A DNA stretch of 64,000 bases, from positions 8,588,328 through 8,652,327 of the forward strand of contig JAHRHZ010000004.1 of NCBI GenBank assembly GCA_024137785.1. The letters are read 5' to 3'. The notes below the pieces were generated by a model, which saw only the letters and a program-made list of their open reading frames with translations, was not told the origin of the DNA and ran no database searches. Each line of letters begins with the position of its first letter. Position 1 is the first letter of the stretch. This DNA comes from Ginglymostoma cirratum. Lineage: Eukaryota. Positions 12,089-23,245 of this stretch are shown one piece after another. The position numbers and the translations under genes are program-made.

Positions 12089-12848
12089 TGGACCAAAGCC
12101 TGGCCAGAGCGGTGCTGTTTGAGAGCGTGGGGCAGCACTGTTGCCAGACATGTGAAATGAAATATTTGAAATACCAGAGGAGATTGACTTTGCTGGGGGT
12201 ATGGCCAAACTTTCACATCAAATTCACTGAGAAACCCCAGGCTGGGTGAGAATTTTTTTTCTTATAAACTAATACCTGCTATTTCTTCCCCTTTATTTTT
12301 GTCTCCGCTGCTCCCTTAATAGTTGACCAGCCTCGTTGGATAATACACAGAGCAAAAATGTAGACATGTGACCTCTGTTTTAATGCTAAGTGTTAGCTCA
12401 GCTGGTCTCAGGTCTGGCTGACCTTCATAATCCCGTGGGAGTGGAAATTTAAAGTGGAGTAATTGGTTGGGTTCTGAATCTTGCTTCAGATTGGTGAAGC
12501 ACCTGTCACCCATTGGAAATCACGTCAAGCTACCGCCTCAGTAATGTCCTTTTGTTCAATGGACAGAATATCCATGGAACCTGAGAGAGAAACGTTAGCC
12601 TCGATACTGCTTGCTCTTGTTTCAATATTAAACAGTATCAACTTTGTTCACCTGGAGAGGTAGGTGGAACTGTGCCACATCTAAAGGAGAGGGGAATGCA
12701 AAGGTTCCTAATGGGCATGGTAACCTTGCTATTGTCCCTTCTGTCTCTTGCCATTCTCCTCCTGTCAATACTTGTACTTGAACTGTGATAAACTTCAATG
12801 AAATGTTGTGAGAGTAAGTAGAGTAGGTTTTTTTCCCCATAGCCCTCT

Positions 12849-13177
12849 GGGCGGTATGGTGGCTCAATGGTTAACAATGCTCCCTCACAGTACCAGGGAC
12901 CTGGGTTTGATTCCAGCCTCGGGTGACTGTCTGTGTGGAGTTTGCATGTTCTCCCCATGACTGCATCGGTTTCTTCTGGGTGCTCAGGTTTCCTCCCACA
13001 GTCTGAAGATGTGCAGGTTAGGTGGATTGGCCATGCTAACTTACCCCATGGTCTAGTGATGTGCAGGCTAGGTGGAAATGCCACAGGGATGGATTGGGTC
13101 TGGGTGGGATGCTGTTCAGATGGACGGTGAAACTTGATGGTCCGCATGGACCTTTCTGCACTGTAGGGATTCTATGA
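12849..13177 (+). mobile_element. HE1 V-SINE, full length
   Basis: A/B-box head, V-domain and 'gggattctatga' tail. Confidence 0.9.
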
Positions 13178-13189
13178 CTTTAATACTCT

Positions 13190-13378
13190 GTCTTAGCCTT
13201 GAATATACATAATGGTCTTTTGCAATAAAGAATTCCACAGATTCACCATCCTTGGAGAGAAGAAAATCTTCGTCACCTCTGCATTAAATGGGCAACCCCT
13301 GAATCTGAGGTTATGCCGTCTGGTCCTAATCTCCCAAAGGGGAAGCGTCCTTGCTACATCTATCCTGCCAAGTCTCTG
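13190..13378 (-). mobile_element. CR1 3' fragment
   Basis: 'RTRRHNLRFRGCPFNAEVTKIFFSPRMVNLWNSL'. Confidence 0.8.
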
Positions 13379-13384
13379 ATTCTC

Positions 13385-13490
13385 CACGTTTAACTCTTGT
13401 TTCTCTATTTCAGACACTGCCAGTCTTGCAGAATTTTGCAGCACTTCCTGTTTTCAGATCAGCAGCATCTGTTGTCTGTTGCTTTCAGTT
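13385..13490 (+). mobile_element. Degenerate PLE terminal fragment
   Basis: 'taactcttgtttctctatttcagacactgccag...cagcatctg'. Confidence 0.55.
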
Positions 13491-14379
13491 TTGTGTATCA
13501 TCTTAATCTCTGGAATGTGCGCAGTGATTCTTTTGCAGAGTAAGGCATCGTTTCCAAGCTCTCTCGCCACGCATCTATTAAATGATTTCATTGCACATTT
13601 TCTGAACAGAGTGGATAATCTTCCAAAGACAAACTAAAATCTTAGCCAATGCTTTACAATGAAAAGAAAAACCTGATTTCTTTCTCTTTACACCTACCAG
13701 TGGACTAGCTGTGTACTTGTTTCATGAATTCACTTTTAAATATTCTACTGTGAGTCTTTAAGCTGAGCTGTTAGAGTTAATGGAGGTGGAGGAGAGAAGT
13801 CAAGATTCCTCGAAAGATAAAAGTTGGCCACAGAAAATATTTAAATTTCCTGCCAGTTCAGCCACTGATTCCTGTGACAGAAGTTTACAGACAAACAGCA
13901 AGCGCCAAACTGAATCTTCACATGTGACTGGAGAAGTAAAAGTGCAATTGTGTGTTTATTGATCCTGTCATTATTAAAGATTGAATAGTTAATTTTAAAA
14001 CTGTGATTGGGCTTTGAGTGAGCCACTCAGTCACAGCACAAGGATGGGAAGTCAATCTTATTAACCTTGAAGAGATTTGAAATTGAATGCCATAATCATT
14101 CTCAGTGGTTGCAGAGATGAACGGTTCAGAAAATATTACAAACAGCAGTGGGTCCTGTTCTTCCCAGCTGTTGTATATTTACCTCAATCATTCTGAGAGC
14201 GAGAGTTCGCTTTTAGAGCTCTGTTTTTAGACAATACCAAATAGATATCCTCCTTTACCCTTTCTCATCGTCTTCATTCAGATGTGTTTGCTACTAAAGA
14301 CTTGAGCTCTGTCTATGCCATCATTTGCACCAACTCTCACCCATTGAACATCACAAACCTCAAATAGTTTCAGATCTGC

Positions 14380-14750
14380 TGATATCCTTTCCGGATTGTC
14401 AAATTCTTAGTATCCTTTTTTTTTCAAATCCTCCCATTGCCACACCCCTGCTTTGCTTTGTCACCTCCTCCGAGATCTCTGTGCTCTTCCAGTTCCAGCC
14501 TCCTGCAAAACCAACCCCCATGCCCACATTTTCATTGGCCTCCCCGTGCTTTCTGTTATCAAGTATCAAAACTTGAGTTCCTTTCCTGAACGAGCCTCCA
14601 CCCCTTCCTTTTCTAACATGCTCCCTGTAAGTTTCCGTTTGACCAAGGTAACCTGTGCTGATATGTTCTTGTGGCTCAGTGTCTGATTTTGTTTGGTGCT
14701 CCTATTAAGTTCTATCTGGGTCATTTTACTCTGCTTTATGCTGTAAATGG
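14380..14750 (+). mobile_element. Old L2-clade LINE 3' end
   Basis: 'aaattcttagtatcc...ttgaccaagg...cttgtggctcagtgtc...ctcctattaag' resembles L2 3' UTR; similar relics at 30510-31000 (-) and 37680-38060 (+). Confidence 0.5.
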
Positions 14751-15016
14751 ACCAGTTTTTCCCCGTGGCAGCACAACTGTGGGTCTGCTCTAGACCCTTC
14801 TCTTCATGAGTTGGTCTGGGCCAGTGTTGTGGGCCAGCCCACCCTGTGGGTCAGTGGGCACATGGTGCAGATTTGGGTGCTTTTAAACCTGATGATCTCT
14901 CCCACTTGACCTTTGAACTTTGAGTTTGTCCCATCTCCACTGGAATCCAGAGGTGCTGTATGGAAACTTTGTGGCGGGACAATGGGGAGAGAGGAAACAT
15001 TTGACAAAGTTCATGC

Positions 15017-15163
15017 AGAGGTAGTAAGAACTGCCGATGCTGGAGTCAGAGATAAGACACTGTGGAGTTGGAGGAACGCAGCAGGCCAGGCAGCATCAGA
15101 GGAGCAAGCTTTCCTGCTCCTCTGATGCTGCCTGGCCTGCTGTGTTCCTCCAGCTCCGCACTG
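15017..15163. mobile_element. PLE-derived fold-back insertion
   Basis: Arms 'ggaggaacgcagcaggccaggcagcatcagaggagca' / 'tgctcctctgatgctgcctggcctgctgtgttcctcc'; TSD tgacaaagttcatgc 15002-15016 / tgacaaggttcatgc 15164-15178. Confidence 0.85.
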
Positions 15164-15540
15164 TGACAAGGTTCATGCTCCTGGTTAGTATCGAGTAACT
15201 CTGAAGTGAGATGCAATGACTGATCAGGGGAAAAGCCAGCACTAGCTTTGGCTGTGATTCTGCGGCATCTTCCAAAGAAGCCTTGGGTATTGCATGAGCT
15301 GAAACAAATCACTCATTTTCGGGAACAAGTAAGTTACTTTTCCTTGACCCCTGGTCTTCTGTCCCCAGGATCCCAACTGTCACAAATTCTTGATAACAAG
15401 CATGGGGCTGGATGAACACAGCAGGTCAAGCAGCATCATAGGAGCAGGAAAACTTGACATTTCGGGCCTAAACTCTTCTCTATCCGCCTCCCCCTCTCTC
15501 CCTATTTATTTCAGAACCCTCTTCCCCTCCCCCATTTCTA

Positions 15541-15940
15541 NNNNNNNNNNNNNNNNNNNNNNNNNNNNNNNNNNNNNNNNNNNNNNNNNNNNNNNNNNNN
15601 NNNNNNNNNNNNNNNNNNNNNNNNNNNNNNNNNNNNNNNNNNNNNNNNNNNNNNNNNNNNNNNNNNNNNNNNNNNNNNNNNNNNNNNNNNNNNNNNNNNN
15701 NNNNNNNNNNNNNNNNNNNNNNNNNNNNNNNNNNNNNNNNNNNNNNNNNNNNNNNNNNNNNNNNNNNNNNNNNNNNNNNNNNNNNNNNNNNNNNNNNNNN
15801 NNNNNNNNNNNNNNNNNNNNNNNNNNNNNNNNNNNNNNNNNNNNNNNNNNNNNNNNNNNNNNNNNNNNNNNNNNNNNNNNNNNNNNNNNNNNNNNNNNNN
15901 NNNNNNNNNNNNNNNNNNNNNNNNNNNNNNNNNNNNNNNN
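15541..15940. other. Assembly gap (400 N)
   Basis: Run of N. Confidence 1.
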
Positions 15941-15989
15941 CGCCTCCCCCTCTCTCCCTATTTATTTCAGAACCCTCTTCCCCTCCCCC

Positions 15990-16025
15990 ATTTCTGATGA
16001 AGGGTTTAGGCCCGAAACGTCAAGT
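15990..16025 (+). ncRNA. Minimal type I hammerhead ribozyme motif in PLE terminal repeat
   Basis: CTGATGA-a-ggg-tttagg-ccc-GAAA-C-GTC; short stem I attt/aagt. Confidence 0.65.
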
Positions 16026-16204
16026 TTTCCTGCTCCTATGATGCTGCTTGACCTGCTGTGTTCATCCAGCCCCATGCTTGTTATCTCGGATTCTCCAGCA
16101 TCTGCAGTACCTTTTATCTCTGTCACAAATTCTTATTCAGTCCTCCACATTTGTCTTTGTAACAGCATTTCTCAAAGTCTCTCAGGAAATGCATCAGACT
16201 ATTT

Positions 16205-16735
16205 GATTTGATTTTTTTTTTATTGTCACTCGAACCACGATACAGTGAAAAGAATTGTTTTGTGTGCTAACCAGAAAAATCATACCTTACATAAGTATAT
16301 CAGGGTAATAGGACAGAATGGAGAATATAGTGTTACAGCTACAGAAATGTTGCAGAGAAAAATCGACTCTAAAATATGAGAGGTCCATTCATAAAGTCTG
16401 GTAACAGCGGGGAAGAAGCTGTTCTTGAATCTGACGGTGGGCATTTTCAAACTTTTGTATCTCTGCCCGATGAAAGAAGGTGGAAGAGAGTGTAACCCAA
16501 ATAAGAAGGGTAGTTTTGATGATGTTGGATGCTTTCCCACTGCAGTGGGAAGTGTAGACTGAGTCAGTGGAAGGAAAGCTGGTTTTTATGATGGACTATG
16601 GATACAACTGTCATTTCTTGCAGCCTTGGACAGAGCAGATGCCATACCAGGCTGTGATGCATCTGGTTAGGATGTTTTCTGTAGTGTAGCTATAAAACCT
16701 GGTCAGGGTCGTTGTGGACATGCCGAATTTCTCTG
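16205..16735 (-). mobile_element. Rex1/Babar-clade LINE 3' fragment
   Basis: 'GQRYKSLKMPTVRFKNSFFPAVTRL'; tail 'ttttcactgtatc...gtgacaataaa'. Confidence 0.8.
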
Positions 16736-16739
16736 TCTG

Positions 16740-17152
16740 TCAGCTGCGGCACAGTGGTAGAATCCATCAAATCTCAAGATTTCCATTTCAAGTCCCACTC
16801 CAAGGCTTGAGCTCAAGACTTGAAGCTGATGTGCTGAGGCAGTGCTGCATTGACCCATCTTTTAGTCAAGGCAGTAAACTGAGGTCCTGTATATCTACTT
16901 GAATGGCAATTAAAATCGCAATGCAATATTGGAAGGAAGCATGAGGCATATATCTTGCTAGTGCCCAGACCAGTAATAATCCTTCATTTAGTACCATTAT
17001 TACCTCTGATAACAGTATGATCTTGCCCTGTTCCCTACATTACAAGTGTGATTACATTTCAGAAGTACTTTATTGGCTTCTATACAGTAGATGGTTATGA
17101 GAAGGGTTGTGCAAAAGTGAATCTTACAGTTGCAATATAAATGCAAGGTGTT
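16740..17152 (+). mobile_element. SacSINE1/DeuSINE-like element
   Basis: 'ttcaagtcccactccaaggcttgagc...taaactgaggtcctg...cctacattacaag...atataaatgcaag'. Confidence 0.65.
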
Positions 17153-17429
17153 GTTTTAATCAGACTAGCATTTTAAGGTTGGAATAAAGCGGCAAAGTAA
17201 GCTGTGCCTCAAAAAGATGGGGTCATTTCAGAAATTCTGATTACAATGTAGTTTAGATTTGATGTAAAAATAGCAAAAGATATGGGAAAGGCAAGGCTAC
17301 TTCACTGGGCAAGAAACAAATTGTTACATGGTGAATAAAAATGTGGCCCAGCTTGAAATTGTTGCGTAGAATTTTAGATGAGGGATCCTAAGTATGTAAG
17401 TTGGTTTGTGGATAGAACCCAAATCACGT

Positions 17430-18588
17430 AGGGTCCAACAATTTATTAAAAAAAAAGACAAGTATAGCTAAGGTTTGGGATTTCTCAGTTGTTAAAAATT
17501 GTAAAGGGTTTTTGATCAAGTGAACAAGGACACATTGTTTCCACTGGCAGGAGAAGCAGTAATGCAAGGCCAAAAATAAGATAATTGACCAAAAAATAAC
17601 CAGAAGGAAGATGAGAATTTATTTTTAGGCAATGGGTTATTTTGATCTGAAATGCATTGTCTGAAAGGATGGTGGAAATAGGGATGCATGAATGATTTTT
17701 ATTGTCATGAGTATTTTACTGTGAGAGAAGCAGTAAAATACAGTGAAAATCTTTTCCACTGTCACCACAATCCAGCACCACTTTAAACAGTTTAAAGAGT
17801 AAGAAAAAAAAATAGACAGACATAGCTTTAAAGAGAGTCCATCAGTCCCGAGCCAGCTCATCAATGAAACCTGCGCACCGCCCCTTCTCCACTGCCGCTT
17901 TGCAGTCTACACTGGAACCAACCAACGTCAATGTTGTCCCTCTTCAGGTGCCATCTTTTGTCGCTGGGTCAATTCTCCTCCATCACTGCTTGTACTGGAT
18001 CCGCCAACATTACAGTTGCATCTCTTGCCAGGGGGTCCAACTCGTTGATGTCACCTTGACACCTTTCTGCCACCGCTTCGCCAGCACCGGACCCAACCAA
18101 TGACAAAGTTGCTGATCTTCAGGCACCATCTTTTGCCCCGGGCCTATCTTGCCGACTTGGCCTTCGCTGATGTGACAGCTGCTGATTCCGATACCAGGCC
18201 CCATGCTCGCCCCAGAAAAGTAACTAGGGGATCACTCGAGTCTGTGATGGGCCCATTTGCTGCTTCCGACATTGTCTGAGCTCAGGGAAACAGGCAAATA
18301 AGGGAAAGGAGAAGAAGGAAACATAAACAAGAAAAGAGGAAGGAGAAAAAGAAAAGAAAAAGTGGTCAGGGTGGATGAGCCCTGGCTCAGGAGTGCTAAT
18401 CCGCTGCCATTTTGATGACATAGAATCGGATGCATTTGAACATACTTGGGAAGGAAAGCAAGCCTGTAGGGCTATCAGGGAAAGAGCTTGGGAACAGACA
18501 GTGTTTGGTCTATTTGGAAGAATCTCTGAAAGAGCTTTCTCAGGTATGATGGACTGAATGGCTGTCACTCCTACTGTAGGATTCTGAG
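17430..18588 (+). mobile_element. Degenerate CR1 3' end split by the 17696-18414 insertion
   Basis: 'tgtttccactggcaggaga...gaaatgcattgtctgaaaggatggtggaa' continues as 'tagggctatcagggaaagagc...ggactgaatggc...ggattctg'. Confidence 0.6.
17696..18414 (-). mobile_element. Non-autonomous bipartite element with LINE-like 5' UTR and Rex1-type 3' tail
   Basis: Minus strand begins caaaatggcagcg, ends ttttcactgtatttta...tgacaataaa; no RT-coding sequence between. Confidence 0.55.
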
Positions 18589-18624
18589 GCAGGCCCTGCC
18601 TCAAAATACTGCTCCCAGGACACT

Positions 18625-18940
18625 TCTTTTTATCCGAAGTGGAAGTCAATGGCAAGGCCAGCATCTGTTGCCAATCCTGATGGTTTGTTCGGCCATTTAG
18701 AAATCAATCACATTACACGTGACTCCAGACCCACATGCTGATTTTCTTCTCTTAAAGGGCATTTGTAAACAAGCTGCGGTTTTGACAATCCAGTCATAGG
18801 CATCATTACTGAGATTAATTTTATATTCTCAATTTTTAATTAATTTTAATTCCACAGGCTGCTGTAATGAAATTTGAACTCATTTGCTATAGCTTCAGCT
18901 TAACAGTCCAGCAACATTACCATTCTTCCCTGCGTCTCCC
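18625..18940 (-). mobile_element. tRNA-derived SINE family B (degenerate)
   Basis: 'gcaaggccagcatctgttgccaatcc...taacagtccagcaacattacca'. Confidence 0.6.
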
Positions 18941-19124
18941 CTCATGAAGTTAGGTCCATCATTTTTTCCCGGGCTAGATTCCAAATTAAAAACAAATTGC
19001 TTTTTATTCATTGGTCATAGAAAGACGAGTTTGAGCAAGTTAATGAGGAAAGGGTTAGTCCGGGCACTGAGTTTGAGGGGAAGTTGGGAATACAGGAAGA
19101 CAAAATGCACTGTCTTAAGGTCTC

Positions 19125-19545
19125 AGCGAAAATTTGTAGCTTGGGTCACGGATGTGTTTGCTCGCTGAGCCGGTTGTTCTGTGGTGTGCAGATGTTTCGT
19201 TACCATTCTAGGCTATATCATCAGTGTGACCTCTCATCAAAGTGTTGGTGTTTTGCGCCATTCTGGATTTATATGATCCTCTAGTATGTTGGGTCTTGTC
19301 ACTTCTGGTTCTTTCGTTTTAGCAGCGGTCTATATATGGGGCCTATTTCTGTGTTTGTTAATGGACCCTTGTGTTGAGAACCAGGCCTCCAGAAATTCCC
19401 TTGCATGTCTGGTGTTCACTTGTCACGGTATGGTCACTTTGTCCCAGTCGAACTGATGGCACTCGTTGTCTGTGTGTATTGAGACAAGTGAATATTGGTC
19501 ATGTCTTTTTACTGCCAGCTGGTGTTCGTGTATCCTGGTCATCAG
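19125..19545 (-). mobile_element. Poseidon-type PLE: GIY-YIG C-terminal part plus terminal repeat
   Basis: 'TRIHEHQLAVKRHDQYSLVSIHTDNECHQFDWD...RHAREFLEAWFS'; hammerhead-like core CTGATGA...GAAACATC at 19191-19224. Confidence 0.85.
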
Positions 19546-19825
19546 ATCCCCACACGTGTTCCATTGGGCCCAAGAATTTCTCCTACTGCTCAAGGACACA
19601 AAAATCCAAGAGAACGAGATCATGATCTCCTTCGATGTTACAGCACTATTTATGTCCTTTGACATACCGTTAGCCAGACGGACACTAGCCACACTACTTG
19701 ATGGACCAGGAGCACTGAACCTGAATGCTGGCAATAACATCAGCAAGGACAACTTACTGAAGCTGCTAGATTTATGCCTCACAACGCACTTCATGTTTAA
19801 CGGACAGATATACAAACCGATCAGG
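19546..19825 (+). mobile_element. PLE reverse transcriptase fragment, inverted relative to its endonuclease
   Basis: 'EIMISFDVTALFMSFDIPLA...LLKLLDLCLTTHFMFNGQIYK' contains the PLE RT SFDV..LF motif. Confidence 0.85.
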
Positions 19826-20187
19826 AAATTTGCATTGCCTCAACTTCCCATATCCCATAACCAATAATGCTGATAAAGTCTTTGAGGGAACATTTCTCAT
19901 CTATCCTTTAAGTGTTGTGCGTAACTTGCTGGAATTGACAGAGAGATGTCTGCACTTGAACCCTATGTAATTACAATCCTTCAAAAGTGTGGCTAAGAAA
20001 TACCTAGGCTTGTAGTTTTTGCTTTATTTTGCGCTTCAAGCCAATATTTGTTAATGGCATGTTGAAATACCAGCCTGAAGTAACTTTGGCTGGTGGTGTC
20101 TGCACATACAATGATCCTGAGTCTACTTGTTCCTTATCGTTTGGTAGGGTTCTTCAACTCCTTACGTGCTGTAATGCTGTTTTTTAT

Positions 20188-20799
20188 TGTGCCGATACTA
20201 TGGCTTAAAGAGGTGTATTTTATCCCCTTTTTTTGAGTGATTTTAAGGCAGAGGTACAAGTAGTCTACTCAGAGCCACTAGAGTAAACAATTTGTGAGGC
20301 CATGGGACTTTCTTTAAAGTTGGAACAATAGAAGCAGCATGAATGGGTGGGATCAAGCTCCAACAGAACCAGGATTTTGTTTTAGTTTTTCAGTAGCAGT
20401 CACTGTGGTCTTGAAGCTGGGTTTGGAAGCTGCAGTACATCTCTCTCTCTTGAGTTTTCTCAGTGTTTTTCCTGCTGGACTGTAGAATTGCCTGTGAAAC
20501 AATCTGATTTACTGAATTTGCCTTTTGCTAAGGGTGTGTTTATGGGATGTTATTGTATTGGAACAGGTACAGTTTAGTAGTTAAATCTATTATTCTGTTC
20601 AGTTTTCCAGTGGAATTAAGTTATTCCAATTTCTTTTCTCTTGTATTTTTAACTATAGTATGTATTATTTTGTTTAGTTTGACCAATCAAATTGCATCTG
20701 AAAGGCAACAACTAGCACTTGCCATTTAAAATAAGAAAAAGATAGGGTCTAGGCTATCTTTTTAATGCATTCTGAGGGGGTTTGGTCTGTTCCATAACA
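20188..20799. mobile_element. Solo LTR (Gypsy-like), 612 bp
   Basis: TG...CA termini (tgtgcc...cataaca) flanked by 4-bp TSD ttat at 20184-20187 / 20800-20803. Confidence 0.8.
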
Positions 20800-22197
20800 T
20801 TATCCATGCGTAATAGGCCCTCAAGTACATCTCTCTAGTGCAGTGACTGAGACCCCTCTCTTCGTACGCTCATTCTAGACTGGTATCTACTCTCCTACTG
20901 GTGTCGAAACCATACAATCAGTTAAATGATTATTGATCTCCATGAATCTTATTACACCACAGTTTTTGTTTCTAATGCAATGGTGAAATTTTTGTATATT
21001 CCCACCATTTGTTTGATCTCCATACGTGACTGGCCTTAAACCTATCAAATGCCCTGCTATTTATTCTAACAAAGCCCATTTTTTTTGTTTCCTACAGTTA
21101 AGTTGGCATTTCCCAGATCATTCAATGAAATGGTAGAGCATTGTTGAAAATAATTCTGCTTGCCAAGGATCGGAACAGCATTTAAAAAAGACTTAATTAC
21201 TACCTCCGTGAACAACAGGGAAATAAATATTGGCCTCCTTGGAGTGTTAAGGGAAAGGTTGAAGGATTTTTTTTTTATGCTCAGTACAAAGCCTCCATGA
21301 TGATTTAGTTGGAAGAAAAAAAAACCTGTGAAAATGTTTAGTGGGATTTCTGTTCGCCCAATAGTGAACCTCACCCATTTCAACTGTTAAATTATTCCTC
21401 ACAAAGAAATTCTTCTTTAACATCTGCCTCTAAATTGTCCTTTTTTTAGAAAGATTAGTTTTGAACAAGCCTCATGCTCCAGTATCCATGTACTATGGGC
21501 GAGTGAGTGGGACTGGAGCAGGTAGTGGTTATTTTTCATGGCACAGACTCTTTTTTGTATCTTTCCATGATAACGTCATGTTCAGGTTTCACCTTTTTAT
21601 TGTGTGGAACATTTATACTTCCCTGAAATCTCTTCTGTGTCACTTATGTTCAGGTTCCATTTCTTCACTCTCCCACTAATTCGATCATTGATGGTTTTAA
21701 AAAAAAACCTTGTGCCCCCTCTGTGTCTTTCATCCATTTCACTGGCATGTTAACTACTTCCTCTGGCTTCTGACCAAAGCAGTAGTCTTCACATAACCTC
21801 CTCTGACTTATACACAACTGATGTAAGGATATAATGATAAACTCTGTTTTGATTTCCCAGTTGTCGGTGTACCTATGGTAGGCAGTGTGAACACACAAGA
21901 ACATAATGAGCTGAAGGACTGGTTTGGGTAGCAAGCGCTCGGAAGAAGTCTTTTTTTGCCTCAAAATTGTAAAATTTTTTAATATACCCTAAAGTTTCCC
22001 AGGTTCGGTATTCATCAAAGAGACGGATAGCTAGGGTCAGAAAAGTTTATAACTGTTGAAACCCATCTCTCTAAGGAAGCTTCTGACTCCTATTTTACTG
22101 TCAAGGAAGCTACAATGGGATAGCCAGGAATGCTGCCAAATATGGCAATAATTTGTTGGATGGCAAAGATGGAAGACTGGAAAACCTGAGCTCATTA

Positions 22198-22255
22198 ATT
22201 GGGACATCACTGCAACTGTGAACATGTCTGTTCATAGTTGCAGTGATGTCCCAAT
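22198..22255. repeat. Near-perfect inverted repeat (27-bp arms, 4-nt loop)
   Basis: attgggacatcactgcaactgtgaaca-tgtc-tgttcatagttgcagtgatgtcccaat; one G:T pair. Confidence 0.95.
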
Positions 22256-23104
22256 AAATATTCATAGTTAGTTACTTTAAACAGCACCCCTCAAGCCCTC
22301 ACATCCTGCTTTCATGATGAAGCCCGTTGGAAAAATTGATTATTTGTTTCCTGTGTTGCAAATGTCCTTTGTTATGAATGCCTGGCTGATTTCCAATAAC
22401 ACCTACTCTACCAAACTCAGCAGGGAATGTTTGAAAGAGGAATTCTAACCACCTCTGTTATTTTGTAGCATCCTGAATTTCCTTTGTAGTTTTCTTTTAT
22501 TGCTTGTGTGTTTGTGAAAGATTAAAAGTTTTGAAGCATACAAACCTTTTTTTAAAATTAATACCTTGAAAATGGCTGAAGTCGAATGATAGTTAGACAT
22601 GAAAACAAGAGGCAGATTGTACTGCAATGGGAATATTGAATGGCTTTTAGTAGCTTATTTAGAAATAAGGTTCCTCCATGATTCTCAATCCCTAAAAAAG
22701 CATGACTCCCATCAAAACTACAGAGCGGGGAGGTCGAAATCCCAAACTTAGGAGTGTTGTGTATAGGCTGACTCTGGGAGTGGGAATCCTGAAATCGGGT
22801 TCCACCCAGCAGTTTGCAAGCCTCCTGAATCCACAGATTTGATGGAAATCTGGGCCTGTCGTCGACTTGATTTGCATATTCTTTCTAAAAAAGAGTTCTG
22901 GTTGGTTCATCTGGAATGATGTTCCCCTCTAAAGATTACCTCCCAAAGCCAGTTTGACCTGCGAATTATTTCTGTGCACGTTGATCCCAATAATCAACTT
23001 TAATTTTAATGGATGTTGCTCAGTGGTGAGTTAGTGGATGTTCAGGTTAAATATTTGACGTTTACTACATCTGTTGGTTTCTCATCTAGGATAACCAACC
23101 TAAC

Positions 23105-23245
23105 ATTCTCACTCCTTCTCATTCTCTCTTCTGTGTGTGTGTGTCTCCAGCTGTCTCTCTCCCTCTCTATCACACTCATGTTCGCACTCTCAATCTTTCT
23201 TTCCCTCTTGCTCTCTCGCTCTCTTTTTTTCCCCCTCGCCTCCTA
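23105..23245. repeat. CT-rich low-complexity tract
   Basis: Degenerate (CT)n/(GT)n. Confidence 0.75.

Larger units (their letters stand above)
15392..16119 (+). mobile_element. Young PLE-derived fold-back insertion spanning the assembly gap
   Basis: Inverted terminal arm 15392-15477, sense terminal repeat to 16119; perfect 15-bp TSD ctgtcacaaattctt 15377-15391 / 16120-16134. Confidence 0.9.

Noticed and set aside
11854-12249. Overlapping Cys/His-rich ORFs
   Set aside because: Produced by the alternating microsatellite.
12638-13147. Recurring ORFs with 'WPIHLTCTSLDCGRKPEHPEET' or 'MANPPNLHIFGLWEETGAP' suggesting a gene family
   Set aside because: Antisense translations of the HE1 SINE core; they recur wherever the SINE occurs.
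13780-13962. ATG-initiated 60-aa ORF MEVEERSQDSSKDK...
   Set aside because: No recognisable homology and only a weak donor (gtaaaa); insufficient support.
15390-16211. 273-aa ORF, the longest in the track
   Set aside because: Artefact of translating through 400 N; flanks are PLE terminal repeat sequence.
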